A stretch of DNA of 64,000 nt. It comes from the human T2T-CHM13v2.0 reference genome, Homo sapiens. The stretch lies in the NCBI RefSeq assembly GCF_009914755.1, contig NC_060946.1; one strand, 5' to 3'. Shown in pieces: positions 24,901-39,900 of the stretch; the stretch's first letter is position 1, and each line of letters begins with the position of its first letter. A model generated the notes under the pieces. The model was not told the DNA's origin. It worked only from the letters and a program-made list of their open reading frames with translations, and did no database searches. Position numbers and translations under genes: made by a program.

Positions 24901-27900
24901 GGGGCTCACATACACCCCTTTGCAGATTCTACAAATGTTCTCTTTACAAACTTCTCAATCAAGAGAAACGTTCAACATTGTGAGATGAATGAACACATCC
25001 CAAAGACGTTTCTCAGGTTGCTTCTGTCTGGTTGCTATGTGAAGATGTTTCCTTTTTCACCATAGTCTTTAAGCCCCTCAAAAATATCTGTCTGCAGACT
25101 CTACCAAAAGACTGTTTCCAAACTGGCCCATATAGCATGTTTCAACTATGTGAAATGAATGCACTCATCAAAAAGAAGTTTCTCAGGATTCTCCTGTCTA
25201 GTTTTTATGTGAAGATATTTCCTTTTTCACCGTAGGCCACAAATTGCTCCAAATATCCATTTGCAGATTCTACAAAAAGAATGTTCCCAAACTGGTCAAT
25301 CAAAAGAAAGGCGCAACTCTGTGAGACGAAAGCACACATCACAAAGAAGTTTCTCGGAAAGCCTCTGTCTGCATTTTATGTGAAGGTATTTCCTTTGGCA
25401 CCATAGGCCTTAAACCGCTCGCAAATATAACTCCACTTATACTACCAAGAGACTTTCTCCAAATTGCTAAATCAAAAGAAAGGTTCAACTCTGTGAGATG
25501 AATACACACATCAAAAAGAAGTTTCTCAAAATGCTTCTGTCTAGTTTTCATGGGAAGATATTTATTTTTCACCGTTGGCCCCAAACCGCTCAGAAATATC
25601 CCTTTGCAGTTTGTAGAAAAAGACTGCTTCCAAACTGCTCAATGAAAGGAAATGGTCAACTATTAGAGATGAATGGAAATGTCACAAAGAGTTTTCTCAA
25701 AAAGCTACTGTGTCGTTTTTATGTGAAGACATTGCCTTTGGCACCCTAGGCCTTAAAACTCTCTCAATACACATTCACAGATTCTACAAAAAGACTGATT
25801 CCAAACTGCTCAATCAGAAGAAGGGTTCAATTCCGTGTGACAAACGTGCACATCACCAAGGAATTTGTCAGAAAGCTTCTGTCTACTTTTTATGTGAAGA
25901 TATTTCATATTTCAACAAAGGCCATAAAGGGCTCACAAATATCCCTTCGCAGATTCTAAGAAAAGACGTTTTCCAAACTCCTCAATCAAAAGAAAGGTTT
26001 AACTCTGTGTGATGAATGGACACATCATGAAGAAGTTTCTCAGAAAGCTTCTGTCTAGTTTTTCTGTGAAGATATTTCTTTTTCACCATAGGCCTCAAGC
26101 AGCTAAGAAATTTCCCTCTGCAGCTTCTACCAAAGACTGTTTCCAAACTGCTCAACTGAAAGAAAGGTTGAATTCTGTGACATGAATTCACACATCACAA
26201 AGAGGTTTTTCAGAAATCTTCTGTGTGGTTTTTAGGTGACGATACTTCCTTTTTCAGCACGGGCCTCAAATATCTCCAAATATCCATTTGCAGATTCTAC
26301 AGAGAGACTTTCCAAACTGCTCAATCAAAAGAAAGGTTCAACACTGTGAGATGAAGGCACACATCACCAAGAAGTTTCTCAGAAACCTTCTGTCTAGTTT
26401 TTAGGTGAAGATACTTCGTATTTCACCACAGGCCATAAAGGGCTCACAAATATCCCTTTGCAGGTTCTACAAAAAGACTGTTTCCAAACTGCTCAATCAA
26501 AGGAGAGGTTCAACTCTGTGACGTGAATGGACACATCATAAAAAATTTCTTGGAATGCTTCCGTCTAGTTTTTATGGGAAGATATTTCTCTTTCACCATA
26601 AGCCTCAAACGGATCAGAATTCTCCCTTTGCAGATTGTACGATAAGCCTCTTTCCAATCTGCTCAATCAAAAGAAAGTTTCCACTCGGTGAGGTGAATGC
26701 ACACATCGCAAGGGAGTTTCTCAGAAAGCTTCTGTTTAGTTTTTACGTGAAGATATTTCGTTTTTCACCACGGGCCTCAAAAGCTCTCCAAATATCCATT
26801 TGCAGATTCTAGAAAAAGAGTGTTTCCAAACTCCTCAATCAAAGGATAGTTTCAATTCTGTGAGATGAAAGCACACATCACAACGAAGTTTCTTAGAAAG
26901 CTTCTGTGTAGTTTTTATGTGAAGATACTTCACATTGCATCACAGTACTCAATGGGCTCAGAAATATCCCCTTGCAGATCCTACAAAAGGACTGTTTCAA
27001 AACTGCTCAATCCAAAGAAAGTTTCAACTATGTGAGATGAATGCGCACGTCACGAAGACGTTCCTCAGAATGCTTCTGTCTTGTTTACATGTGAAGAAGA
27101 TTCCTATTTCACCATAGGCAATAAAGGGCTCACAAATATTTTTTGCAGATTCTCCAAAAAGACTGTATCCAAACTGCTCAATAAAAAGAAAGTTTTAACT
27201 CTGTTACATTAATGGACACATCAACAAGTAGTTTCTCAGAAAACTTCTGTGTAGTTTTTATGTGAAGATACTTCCTTTGTCACCATTGGCCTCAAAGCAC
27301 TCCTAATATCCATTTACAGATGTCACAGAAAGAGTGTTTCCAAACTGCTCAATCAAAAGAAAGTGTTTTACTCTGTGAGGTGAAAGCACACATCTCAAAG
27401 AAGTTTCTCCGAAAGCTTCGGTCTAGTTTTCATGTGATGATATTTCCAGTCTCACCATAGGCCTCAAAGGGCTAAGAAATATCCCTTTCCAGATTCTAAA
27501 AGACCACCATTTCCATACTTCTCAATCAAAAGAAAGGTTAAATTCTGTGAGGTTAATGCACACATCAGAATGAAGTTTCTCAGAATTCTCCTGTCTAGTT
27601 TTCACGTGAAGATATTTACTATTTCACTATAGGCTTCAAATGTCTCAAAAATATCCCTTTGCAGATTCTACAAAAATATGCTTTCCAAAGTGCTGAATTA
27701 AAAGAAACCTTCAACTCTGTCAGATGAATGGAGACATCACGAAGAAGTTCCTCAGAATGCTTCTGTCTAGTTTAAATGTGAAGATATTTCTTTTTCACCA
27801 TAGACCTCAAAGGGCTCAGAGTTAGACCTTTGCAGATTGCAGAGAAAGACTGTCTCTAAACTGCTCAAATAAAATAAAGTTTCAACACGGCGAGATGAAC

Positions 27901-30900
27901 GCACACATCACAAAGAAGTTCCTCAGAAGGCTTCTGTCTGGTTTTAATGTGAAGATATTTCCTTTTTCACCATAGGCCTTACACCGCTCACGAATATCCT
28001 TCTGCAGATACTATAAAAAGACTGTTTCCAAACTGCTCCATCAAAAGAAAATTTCACCTATCTGAGATGAATGCACACATCATACAGAAGTTCCTCAGAA
28101 TTCTTCTGTCTAGTTTTTATGTGAAGATGTTTCCATTTTCACCTTAGGCCACAAAGCGCCCCAAACATCCGTTTGCAGATGATACGAAAAGACTGTTTCC
28201 AAACTGCTCAATCAAGAGAAATTTTCAACTCTGTGAGATGAAAGCACACATCACAAAAAAGTTTCTCAGAAATCTTCTGTCTCGCTTTCATCTCAAGATG
28301 ATTCCTATTTTGCCATAGGAATCAAGGGGCTCACATACACCCCTTTGCAGATTCTACAAATGTTCTCTTTACAAACTTCTCAATCAAGAGAAACGTTCAA
28401 CATTGTGAGATGAATGAACACATCCCAAAGACGTTTCTCAGGTTGCTTCTGTCTGGTTGCTATGTGAAGATGTTTCCTTTTTCACCATAGTCTTTAAGCC
28501 CCTCAAAAATATCTGTCTGCAGACTCTACCAAAAGACTGTTTCCAAACTGGCCCATATAGCATGTTTCAACTATGTGAAATGAATGCACTCATCAAAAAG
28601 AAGTTTCTCAGGATTCTCCTGTCTAGTTTTTATGTGAAGATATTTCCTTTTTCACCGTAGGCCACAAATTGCTCCAAATATCCATTTGCAGATTCTACAA
28701 AAAGAATGTTCCCAAACTGGTCAATCAAAAGAAAGGCGCAACTCTGTGAGACGAAAGCACACATCACAAAGAAGTTTCTCGGAAAGCCTCTGTCTGCATT
28801 TTATGTGAAGGTATTTCCTTTGGCACCATAGGCCTTAAACCGCTCGCAAATATAACTCCACTTATACTACCAAGAGACTTTCTCCAAATTGCTAAATCAA
28901 AAGAAAGGTTCAACTCTGTGAGATGAATACACACATCAAAAAGAAGTTTCTCAAAATGCCTCTGTCTAGTTTTCATGGGAAGATATTTATTTTTCACCGT
29001 TGGCCCCAAACCGCTCAGAAATATCCCTTTGCAGTTTGTAGGAAAAGACTGCTTCCAAACTGCTCAATGAAAGGAAATGGTCAACTATTAGAGATGAATG
29101 GAAATGTCACAAAGAGTTTTCTCAAAAAGCTACTGTGTCGTTTTTATGTGAAGACATTGCCTTTGGCACCCTAGGCCTTAAAACTCTCTCAATACACATT
29201 CACAGATTCTACAAAAAGACTGATTCCAAACTGCTCAATCAGAAGAAGGGTTCAATTCCGTGTGACAAACGTGCACATCACCAAGGAATTTGTCAGAAAG
29301 CTTCTGTCTACTTTTTATGTGAAGATATTTCATATTTCAACAAAGGCCATAAAGGGCTCACAAATATCCCTTCGCAGATTCTAAGAAAAGACGTTTTCCA
29401 AACTCCTCAATCAAAAGAAAGGTTTAACTCTGTGTGATGAATGGACACATCATGAAGAAGTTTCTCAGAAAGCTTCTGTCTAGTTTTTCTGTGAAGATAT
29501 TTCTTTTTCACCATAGGCCTCAAGCAGCTAAGAAATTTCCCTCTGCAGCTTCTACCAAAGACTGTTTCCAAACTGCTCAACTGAAAGAAAGGTTGAATTC
29601 TGTGACATGAATTCACACATCACAAAGAGGTTTTTCAGAAATCTTCTGTCTGGTTTTTAGGTGACGATACTTCCATTTTCAGCACGGGCCTCAAATATCT
29701 CCAAATATCCATTTGCAGATTCTACAGAGAGACTTTCCAAACTGCTCAATCAAAAGAAAGGTTCAACACTGTGAGATGAAGGCACACATCACCAAGAAGT
29801 TTCTCAGAAACCTTCTGTCTAGTTTTTAGGTGAAGATACTTCGTATTTCACCACAGGCCATAAAGGGCTCACAAATATCCCTTTGCAGGTTCTACAAAAA
29901 GACTGTTTCCAAACTGCTCAATCAAAGGAGAGGTTCAACTCTGTGACGTGAATGGACACATCATAAAAAATTTCTTGGAATGCTTCCGTCTAGTTTTTAT
30001 GGGAAGATATTTCTCTTTCACCATAAGCCTCAAACGGATCAGAATTCTCCCTTTGCAGATTGTACGATAAGCCTCTTTCCAATCTGCTCAATCAAAAGAA
30101 AGTTTCCACTCGGTGAGGTGAATGCACACATCGCAAGGGAGTTTCTCAGAAAGCTTCTGTTTAGTTTTTACGTGAAGATATTTCGTTTTTCACCACGGGC
30201 CTCAAAAGCTCTCCAAATATCCATTTGCAGATTCTAGAAAAAGAGTGTTTCCAAACTCCTCAATCAAAGGATAGTTTCAATTCTGTGAGATGAAAGCACA
30301 CATCACAACGAAGTTTCTTAGAAAGCTTCTGTGTAGTTTTTATGTGAAGATACTTCACATTGCATCACAGTACTCAATGGGCTCAGAAATATCCCCTTGC
30401 AGATCCTACAAAAGGACTGTTTCAAAACTGCTCAATCCAAAGAAAGTTTCAACTATGTGAGATGAATGCGCACGTCACGAAGACGTTCCTCAGAATGCTT
30501 CTGTCTTGTTTACATGTGAAGAAGATTCCTATTTCACCATAGGCAATAAAGGGCTCACAAATATTTTTTGCAGATTCTCCAAAAAGACTGTATCCAAACT
30601 GCTCAATAAAAAGAAAGTTTTAACTCTGTTACATTAATGGACACATCAACAAGTAGTTTCTCAGAAAACTTCTGTGTAGTTTTTATGTGAAGATACTTCC
30701 TTTGTCACCATTGGCCTCAAAGCACTCCTAATATCCATTTACAGATGTCACAGAAAGAGTGTTTCCAAACTGCTCAATCAAAAGATAGTGTTTTACTCTG
30801 TGAGGTGAAAGCACACATCTCAAAGAAGTTTCTCCGAAAGCTTCGGTCTAGTTTTCATGTGATGATATTTCCAGTCTCACCATAGGCCTCAAAGGGCTAA

Positions 30901-33900
30901 GAAATATCCCTTTCCAGATTCTAAAAGACCACCATTTCCATACTTCTCAATCAAAAGAAAGGTTAAATTCTGTGAGGTTAATGCACACATCAGAATGAAG
31001 TTTCTCAGAATTCTCCTGTCTAGTTTTCACGTGAAGATATTTACTATTTCACTATAGGCTTCAAATGTCTCAAAAATATCCCTTTGCAGATTCTACAAAA
31101 ATATGCTTTCCAAAGTGCTGAATTAAAAGAAACCTTCAACTCTGTCAGATGAATGGAGACATCACGAAGAAGTTCCTCAGAATGCTTCTGTCTAGTTTAA
31201 ATGTGAAGACATTTCTTTTTCACCATAGACCTCAAAGGGCTCAGAGTTAGACCTTTGCAGATTGCAGAGAAAGACTGTCTCTAAACTGCTCAAATAAAAT
31301 AAAGTTTCAACACGGCGAGATGAACGCACACATCACAAAGAAGTTCCTCAGAAGGCTTCTGTCTGGTTTTAATGTGAAGATATTTCCTTTTTCACCATAG
31401 GCCTTACACCGCTCACGAATATCCTTCTGCAGATACTATAAAAAGACTGTTTCCAAACTGCTCCATCAAAAGAAAATTTCACCTATCTGAGATGAATGCA
31501 CACATCATACAGAAGTTCCTCAGAATTCTTCTGTCTAGTTTTTATGTGAAGATGTTTCCATTTTCACCTTAGGCCACAAAGCGCCCCAAACATCCGTTTG
31601 CAGATGATACGAAAAGACTGTTTCCAAACTGCTCAATCAAGAGAAATTTTCAACTCTGTGAGATGAAAGCACACATCACAAAAAAGTTTCTCAGAAATCT
31701 TCTGTCTCGCTTTTATCTCAAGATGATTCCTATTTTGCCATAGGAATCAAGGGGCTCACATATACCCCTTTGCAGATTCTACAAATGTTCTCCTTACAAA
31801 CTTCTCAATCAAGAGAAACGTTCAACATTGTGAGATGAATGAACACATCCCAAAGACATTTCTCAGGTTGCTTCTGTCTGGTTGCTATGTGAAGATGTTT
31901 CCTTTTTCACCATAGTCTTTAAGCCCCTCAAAAATATCTGTCTGCAGACTCTACCAAAAGACTGTTTCCAAACTGGCCCATATAGCATGTTTCAACTATG
32001 TGAAATGAATGCACTCATCAAAAAGAAGTTTCTCAGGATTCTCCTGTCTAGTTTTTATGTGAAGATATTTCCTTTTTCACCGTAGGCCACAAATTGCTCC
32101 AAATATCCATTTGCAGATTCTACAAAAAGAATGTTCCCAAACTGGTCAATCAAAAGAAAGGCGCAACTCTGTGAGACGAAAGCACACATCACAAAGAAGT
32201 TTCTCGGAAAGCCTCTGTCTGCATTTTATGTGAAGGTATTTCCTTTGGCACCATAGGCCTTAAACCGCTCGCAAATATAACTCCACTTATACTACCAAGA
32301 GACTTTCTCCAAATTGCTAAATCAAAAGAAAGGTTCAACTCTGTGAGATGAATACACACATCAAAAAGAAGTTTCTCAAAATGCTTCTGTCTAGTTTTCA
32401 TGGGAAGATATTTATTTTTCACCGTTGGCCCCAAACCGCTCAGAAATATCCCTTTGCAGTTTGTAGAAAAAGACTGCTTCCAAACTGCTCAATGAAAGGA
32501 AATGGTCAACTATTAGAGATGAATGGAAATGTCACAAAGAGTTTTCTCAAAAAGCTACTGTGTCGTTTTTATGTGAAGACATTGCCTTTGGCACCCTAGG
32601 CCTTAAAACTCTCTCAATACACATTCACAGATTCTACAAAAAGACTGATTCCAAACTGCTCAATCAGAAGAAGGGTTCAATTCCGTGTGACAAACGTGCA
32701 CATCACCAAGGAATTTGTCAGAAAGCTTCTGTCTACTTTTTATGTGAAGATATTTCATATTTCAACAAAGGCCATAAAGGGCTCACAAATATCCTTTCGC
32801 AGATTCTAAGAAAAGACGTTTTCCAAACTCCTCAATCAAAAGAAAGGTTTAACTCTGTGTGATGAATGGACACATCATGAAGAAGTTTCTCAGAAAGCTT
32901 CTGTCTAGTTTTTCTGTGAAGATATTTCTTTTTCACCATAGGCCTCAAGCAGCTAAGAAATTTCCCTCTGCAGCTTCTACCAAAGACTGTTTCCAAACTG
33001 CTCAACTGAAAGAAAGGTTGAATTCTGTGACATGAATTCACACATCACAAAGAGGTTTTTCAGAAATCTTCTGTCTGGTTTTTAGGTGACGATACTTCCT
33101 TTTTCAGCACGGGCCTCAAATATCTCCAAATATCCATTTGCAGATTCTACAGAGAGACTTTCCAAACTGCTCAATCAAAAGAAAGGTTCAACACTGTGAG
33201 ATGAAGGCACACATCACCAAGAAGTTTCTCAGAAACCTTCTGTCTAGTTTTTAGGTGAAGATACTTCGTATTTCACCACAGGCCATAAAGGGCTCACAAA
33301 TATCCCTTTGCAGGTTCTACAAAAAGACTGTTTCCAAACTGCTCAATCAAAGGAGAGGTTCAACTCTGTGACGTGAATGGACACATCACAAAAAATTTCT
33401 TGGAATGCTTCCGTCTAGTTTTTATGGGAAGATATTTCTCTTTCACCATAAGCCTCAAACGGATCAGAATTCTCCCTTTGCAGATTGTACGATAAGCCTC
33501 TTTCCAATCTGCTCAATCAAAAGAAAGTTTCCACTCGGTGAGGTGAATGCACACATCGCAAGGGAGTTTCTCAGAAAGCTTCTGTTTAGTTTTTACGTGA
33601 AGATATTTCGTTTTTCACCACGGGCCTCAAAAGCTCTCCAAATAACCATTTGCAGATTCTAGAAAAAGAGTGTTTCTAAACTCCTCAATCAAAGGATAGT
33701 TTCAATTCTGTGAGATGAAAGCACACATCACAACGAAGTTTCTTAGAAAGCTTCTGTGTAGTTTTTATGTGAAGATACTTCACATTGCATCACAGTACTC
33801 AATGGGCTCAGAAATATCCCCTTGCAGATCCTACAAAAGGACTGTTTCAAAACTGCTCAATCCAAAGAAAGTTTCAACTATGTGAGATGAATGCGCACGT

Positions 33901-36900
33901 CACGAAGACGTTCCTCAGAATGCTTCTGTCTTGTTTACATGTGAAGAAGATTCCTATTTCACCATAGGCAATAAAGGGCTCACAAATATTTTTTGCAGAT
34001 TCTCCAAAAAGACTGTATCCAAACTGCTCAATAAAAAGAAAGTTTTAACTCTGTTACATTAATGGACACATCAACAAGTAGTTTCTCAGAAAACTTCTGT
34101 GTAGTTTTTATGTGAAGATACTTCCTTTGTCACCATTGGCCTCAAAGCACTCCTAATATCCATTTACAGATGTCACAGAAAGAGTGTTTCCAAACTGCTC
34201 AATCAAAAGATAGTGTTTTACTCTGTGAGGTGAAAGCACACATCTCAAAGAAGTTTCTCCGAAAGCTTCGGTCTAGTTTTCATGTGATGATAATTCCAGT
34301 CTCACCATAGGCCTCAAAGGGCTAAGAAATATCCCTTTCCAGATTCTAAAAGACCACCATTTCCATACTTCTCAATCAAAAGAAAGGTTAAATTCTGTGA
34401 GGTTAATGCACACATCAGAATGAAGTTTCTCAGAATTCTCCTGTCTAGTTTTCACGTGAAGATATTTACTATTTCACTATAGGCTTCAAATGTCTCAAAA
34501 ATATCCCTTTGCAGATTCTACAAAAATATGCTTTCCAAAGTGCTGAATTAAAAGAAACCTTCAACTCTGTCAGATGAATGGAGACATCACGAAGAAGTTC
34601 CTCAGAATGCTTCTGTCTAGTTTAAATGTGAAGACATTTCTTTTTCACCATAGACCTCAAAGGGCTCAGAGTTAGACCTTTGCAGATTGCAGAGAAAGAC
34701 TGTCTCTAAACTGCTCAAATAAAATAAAGTTTCAACACGGCGAGATGAACGCACACATCACAAAGAAGTTCCTCAGAAGGCTTCTGTCTGGTTTTAATGT
34801 GAAGATATTTCCTTTTTCACCATAGGCCTTACACCGCTCACGAATATCCTTCTGCAGATACTATAAAAAGACTGTTTCCAAACTGCTCCATCAAAAGAAA
34901 ATTTCACCTATCTGAGATGAATGCACACATCATACAGAAGTTCCTCAGAATTCTTCTGTCTAGTTTTTATGTGAAGATGTTTCCATTTTCACCTTAGGCC
35001 ACAAAGCGCCCCAAACATCCGTTTGCAGATGATACGAAAAGACTGTTTCCAAACTGCTCAATCAAGAGAAATTTTCAACTCTGTGAGATGAAAGCACACA
35101 TCACAAAAAAGTTTCTCAGAAATCTTCTGTCTCGCTTTTATCTCAAGATGATTCCTATTTTGCCATAGGAATCAAGGGGCTCACATATACCCCTTTGCAG
35201 ATTCTACAAATGTTCTCCTTACAAACTTCTCAATCAAGAGAAACGTTCAACATTGTGAGATGAATGAACACATCCCAAAGACATTTCTCAGGTTGCTTCT
35301 GTCTGGTTGCTATGTGAAGATGTTTCCTTTTTCACCATAGTCTTTAGGACCCTCAAAAATATCTGTCTGCAGACTCTACCAAAAGACTGTTTCCAAACTG
35401 GCCCATATAGCATGTTTCAACTATGTGAAATGAATGCACTCATCAAAAAGAAGTTTCTCAGGATTCTCCTGTCTAGTTTTTATGTGAAGATATTTCCTTT
35501 TTCACCGTAGGCCACAAATTGCTCCAAATATCCATTTGCAGATTCTACAAAAAGAATGTTCCCAAACTGGTCAATCAAAAGAAAGGCGCAACTCTGTGAG
35601 ACGAAAGCACACATCACAAAGAAGTTTCTCGGAAAGCCTCTGTCTGCATTTTATGTGAAGGTATTTCCTTTGGCACCATAGGCCTTAAACCGCTCGCAAA
35701 TATAACTCCACTTATACTACCAAGAGACTTTCTCCAAATTGCTAAATCTAAAGAAAGGTTCAAATCTGTGAGATGAATACACACATCAAAAAGAAGTTTC
35801 TCAAAATGCTTCTGTCTAGTTTTCATGGGAAGATATTTATTTTTCACCGTTGGCCCCAAACCGCTCAGAAATATCCCTTTGCAGTTTGTAGAAAAAGACT
35901 GCTTCCAAACTGCTCAATGAAAGGAAATGGTCAACTATTAGAGATGAATGGAAATGTCACAAAGAGTTTTCTCAAAAAGCTACTGTGTCGTTTTTATGTG
36001 AAGACATTGCCTTTGGCACCCTAGGCCTTAAAACTCTCTCAATACACATTCACAGATTCTACAAAAAGACTGATTCCAAACTGCTCAATCAGAAGAAGGG
36101 TTCAATTCCGTGTGACAAACGTGCACATCACCAAGGAATTTGTCAGAAAGCTTCTGTCTACTTTTTATGTGAAGATATTTCATATTTCAACAAAGGCCAT
36201 AAAGAGCTCACAAATATCCCTTCGCAGATTCTAAGAAAAGACGTTTTCCAAACTCCTCAATCAAAAGAAAGGTTTAACTCTGTGTGATGAATGGACACAT
36301 CATGAAGAAGTTTCTCAGAAAGCTTCTGTCTAGTTTTTCTGTGAAGATATTTCTTTTTCACCATAGGCCTCAAGCAGCTAAGAAATTTCCCTCTGCAGCT
36401 TCTACCAAAGACTGTTTCCAAACTGCTCAACTGAAAGAAAGGTTGAATTCTGTGACATGAATTCACACATCACAAAGAGGTTTTTCAGAAATCTTCTGTC
36501 TGGTTTTTAGGTGACGATACTTCCTTTTTCAGCACGGGCCTCAAATATCTCCAAATATCCATTTGCAGATTCTACAGAGAGACTTTCCAAACTGCTCAAT
36601 CAAAAGAAAGGTTCAACACTGTGAGATGAAGGCACACATCACCAAGAAGTTTCTCAGAAACCTTCTGTCTAGTTTTTAGGTGAAGATACTTCGTATTTCA
36701 CCACAGGCCATAAAGGGCTCACAAATATCCCTTTGCAGGTTCTACAAAAAGACTGTTTCCAAACGGCTCAATCAAAGGAGAGGTTCAACTCTGTGACGTG
36801 AATGGACACATCACAAACAATTTCTTGGAATGCTTCCGTCTAGTTTTTATGGGAAGATATTTCTCTTTCACCATAAGCCTCAAACGGATCAGAATTCTCC

Positions 36901-39900
36901 CTTTGCAGATTGTACGATAAGCCTCTTTCCAATCTGCTCAATCAAAAGAAAGTTTCCACTCGGTGAGGTGAATGCACACATCGCAAGGGAGTTTCTCAGA
37001 AAGCTTCTGTTTAGTTTTTACGTGAAGATATTTCGTTTTTCACCACGGGCCTCAAAAGCTCTCCAAATATCCATTTGCAGATTCTAGAAAAAGAGTGTTT
37101 CCAAACTCCTCAATCAAAGGATAGTTTCAATTCTGTGAGATGAAAGCACACATCACAACGAAGTTTCTTAGAAAGCTTCTGTGTAGTTTTTATGTGAAGA
37201 TACTTCACATTGCATCACAGTACTCAATGGGCTCAGAAATATCCCCTTGCAGATCCTACAAAAGGACTGTTTCAAAACTGCTCAATCCAAAGAAAGTTTC
37301 AACTATGTGAGATGAATGCGCACGTCACGAAGACGTTCCTCAGAATGCTTCTGTCTTGTTTACATGTGAAGAAGATTCCTATTTCACCATAGGCAATAAA
37401 GGGCTCACAAATATTTTTTGCAGATTCTCCAAAAAGACTGTATCCAAACTGCTCAATAAAAAGAAAGTTTTAACTCTGTTACATTAATGGACACATCAAC
37501 AAGTAGTTTCTCAGAAAACTTCTGTGTAGTTTTTATGTGAAGATACTTCCTTTGTCACCATTGGCCTCAAAGCACTCCTAATATCCATTTACAGATGTCA
37601 CAGAAAGAGTGTTTCCAAACTGCTCAATCAAAAGAAAGTGTTTTACTCTGTGAGGTGAAAGCACACATCTCAAAGAAGTTTCTCCGAAAGCTTCGGTCTA
37701 GTTTTCATGTGATGATATTTCCAGTCTCACCATAGGCCTCAAAGGGCTAAGAAATATCCCTTTCCAGATTCTAAAAGACCACCATTTCCATACTTCTCAA
37801 TCAAAAGAAAGGTTAAATTCTGTGAGGTTAATGCACACATCAGAATGAAGTTTCTCAGAATTCTCCTGTCTAGTTTTCACGTGAAGATATTTACTATTTC
37901 ACTATAGGCTTCAAATGTCTCAAAAATATCCCTTTGCAGATTCTACAAAAATATGCTTTCCAAAGTGCTGAATTAAAAGAAACCTTCAACTCTGTCAGAT
38001 GAATGGAGACATCACGAAGAAGTTCCTCAGAATGCTTCTGTCTAGTTTAAATGTGAAGACATTTCTTTTTCACCATAGACCTCAAAGGGCTCAGAGTTAG
38101 ACCTTTGCAGATTGCAGAGAAAGACTGTCTCTAAACTGCTCAAATAAAATAAAGTTTCAACACGGCGAGATGAACGCACACATCACAAAGAAGTTCCTCA
38201 GAAGGCTTCTGTCTGGTTTTAATGTGAAGATATTTCCTTTTTCACCATAGGCCTTACACCGCTCACGAATATCCTTCTGCAGATACTATAAAAAGACTGT
38301 TTCCAAACTGCTCCATCAAAAGAAAATTTCACCTATCTGAGATGAATGCACACATCATACAGAAGTTCCTCAGAATTCTTCTGTCTAGTTTTTATGTGAA
38401 GATGTTTCCATTTTCACCTTAGGCCACAAAGCGCCCCAAACATCCGTTTGCAGATGATACGAAAAGACTGTTTCCAAACTGCTCAATCAAGAGAAATTTT
38501 CAACTCTGTGAGATGAAAGCACACATCACAAAAAAGTTTCTCAGAAATCTTCTGTCTCGCTTTTATCTCAAGATGATTCCTATTTTGCCATAGGAATCAA
38601 GGGGCTCACATATACCCCTTTGCAGATTCTACAAATGTTCTCCTTACAAACTTCTCAATCAAGAGAAACGTTCAACATTGTGAGATGAATGAACACATCC
38701 CAAAGACGTTTCTCAGGTTGCTTCTGTCTGGTTGCTATGTGAAGATGTTTCCTTTTTCACCATAGTCTTTAAGCCCCTCAAAAATATCTGTCTGCAGACT
38801 CTACCAAAAGACTGTTTCCAAACTGGCCCATATAGCATGTTTCAACTATGTGAAATGAATGCACTCATCAAAAAGAAGTTTCTCAGGATTCTCCTGTCTA
38901 GTTTTTATGTGAAGATATTTCCTTTTTCACCGTAGGCCACAAATTGCTCCAAATATCCATTTGCAGATTCTACAAAAAGAATGTTCCCAAACTGGTCAAT
39001 CAAAGGAAAGGCGCAACTCTGTGAGACGAAAGCACACATCACAAAGAAGTTTCTCGGAAAGCCTCTGTCTGCATTTTATGTGAAGGTATTTCCTTTGGCA
39101 CCATAGGCCTTAAACCGCTCGCAAATATAACTCCACTTATACTACCAAGAGACTTTCTCCAAATTGCTAAATCTAAAGAAAGGTTCAAATCTGTGAGATG
39201 AATACACACATCAAAAAGAAATTTCTCAAAATGCTTCTGTCTAGTTTTCATGGGAAGATATTTATTTTTCACCGTTGGCCCCAAACCGCTCAGAAATATC
39301 CCTTTGCAGTTTGTAGAAAAAGACTGCTTCCAAACTGCTCAATGAAAGGAAATGGTCAACTATTAGAGATGAATGGAAATGTCACAAAGAGTTTTCTCAA
39401 AAAGCTACTGTGTCGTTTTTATGTGAAGACATTGCCTTTGGCACCCTAGGCCTTAAAACTCTCTCAATACACATTCACAGATTCTACAAAAAGACTGATT
39501 CCAAACTGCTCAATCAGAAGAAGGGTTCAATTCCGTGTGACAAACGTGCACATCACCAAGGAATTTGTCAGAAAGCTTCTGTCTACTTTTTATGTGAAGA
39601 TATTTCATATTTCTACAAAGGCCATAAAGGGCTCACAAATATCCCTTCGCAGATTCTAAGAAAAGACGTTTTCCAAACTCCTCAATCAAAAGAAAGGTTT
39701 AACTCTGTGTGATGAATGGACACATCATGAAGAAGTTTCTCAGAAAGCTTCTGTCTAGTTTTTCTGTGAAGATATTTCTTTTTCACCATAGGCCTCAAGC
39801 AGCTAAGAAATTTCCCTCTGCAGCTTCTACCAAAGACTGTTTCCAAACTGCTCAACTGAAAGAAAGGTTGAATTCTGTGACATGAATTCACACATCACAA

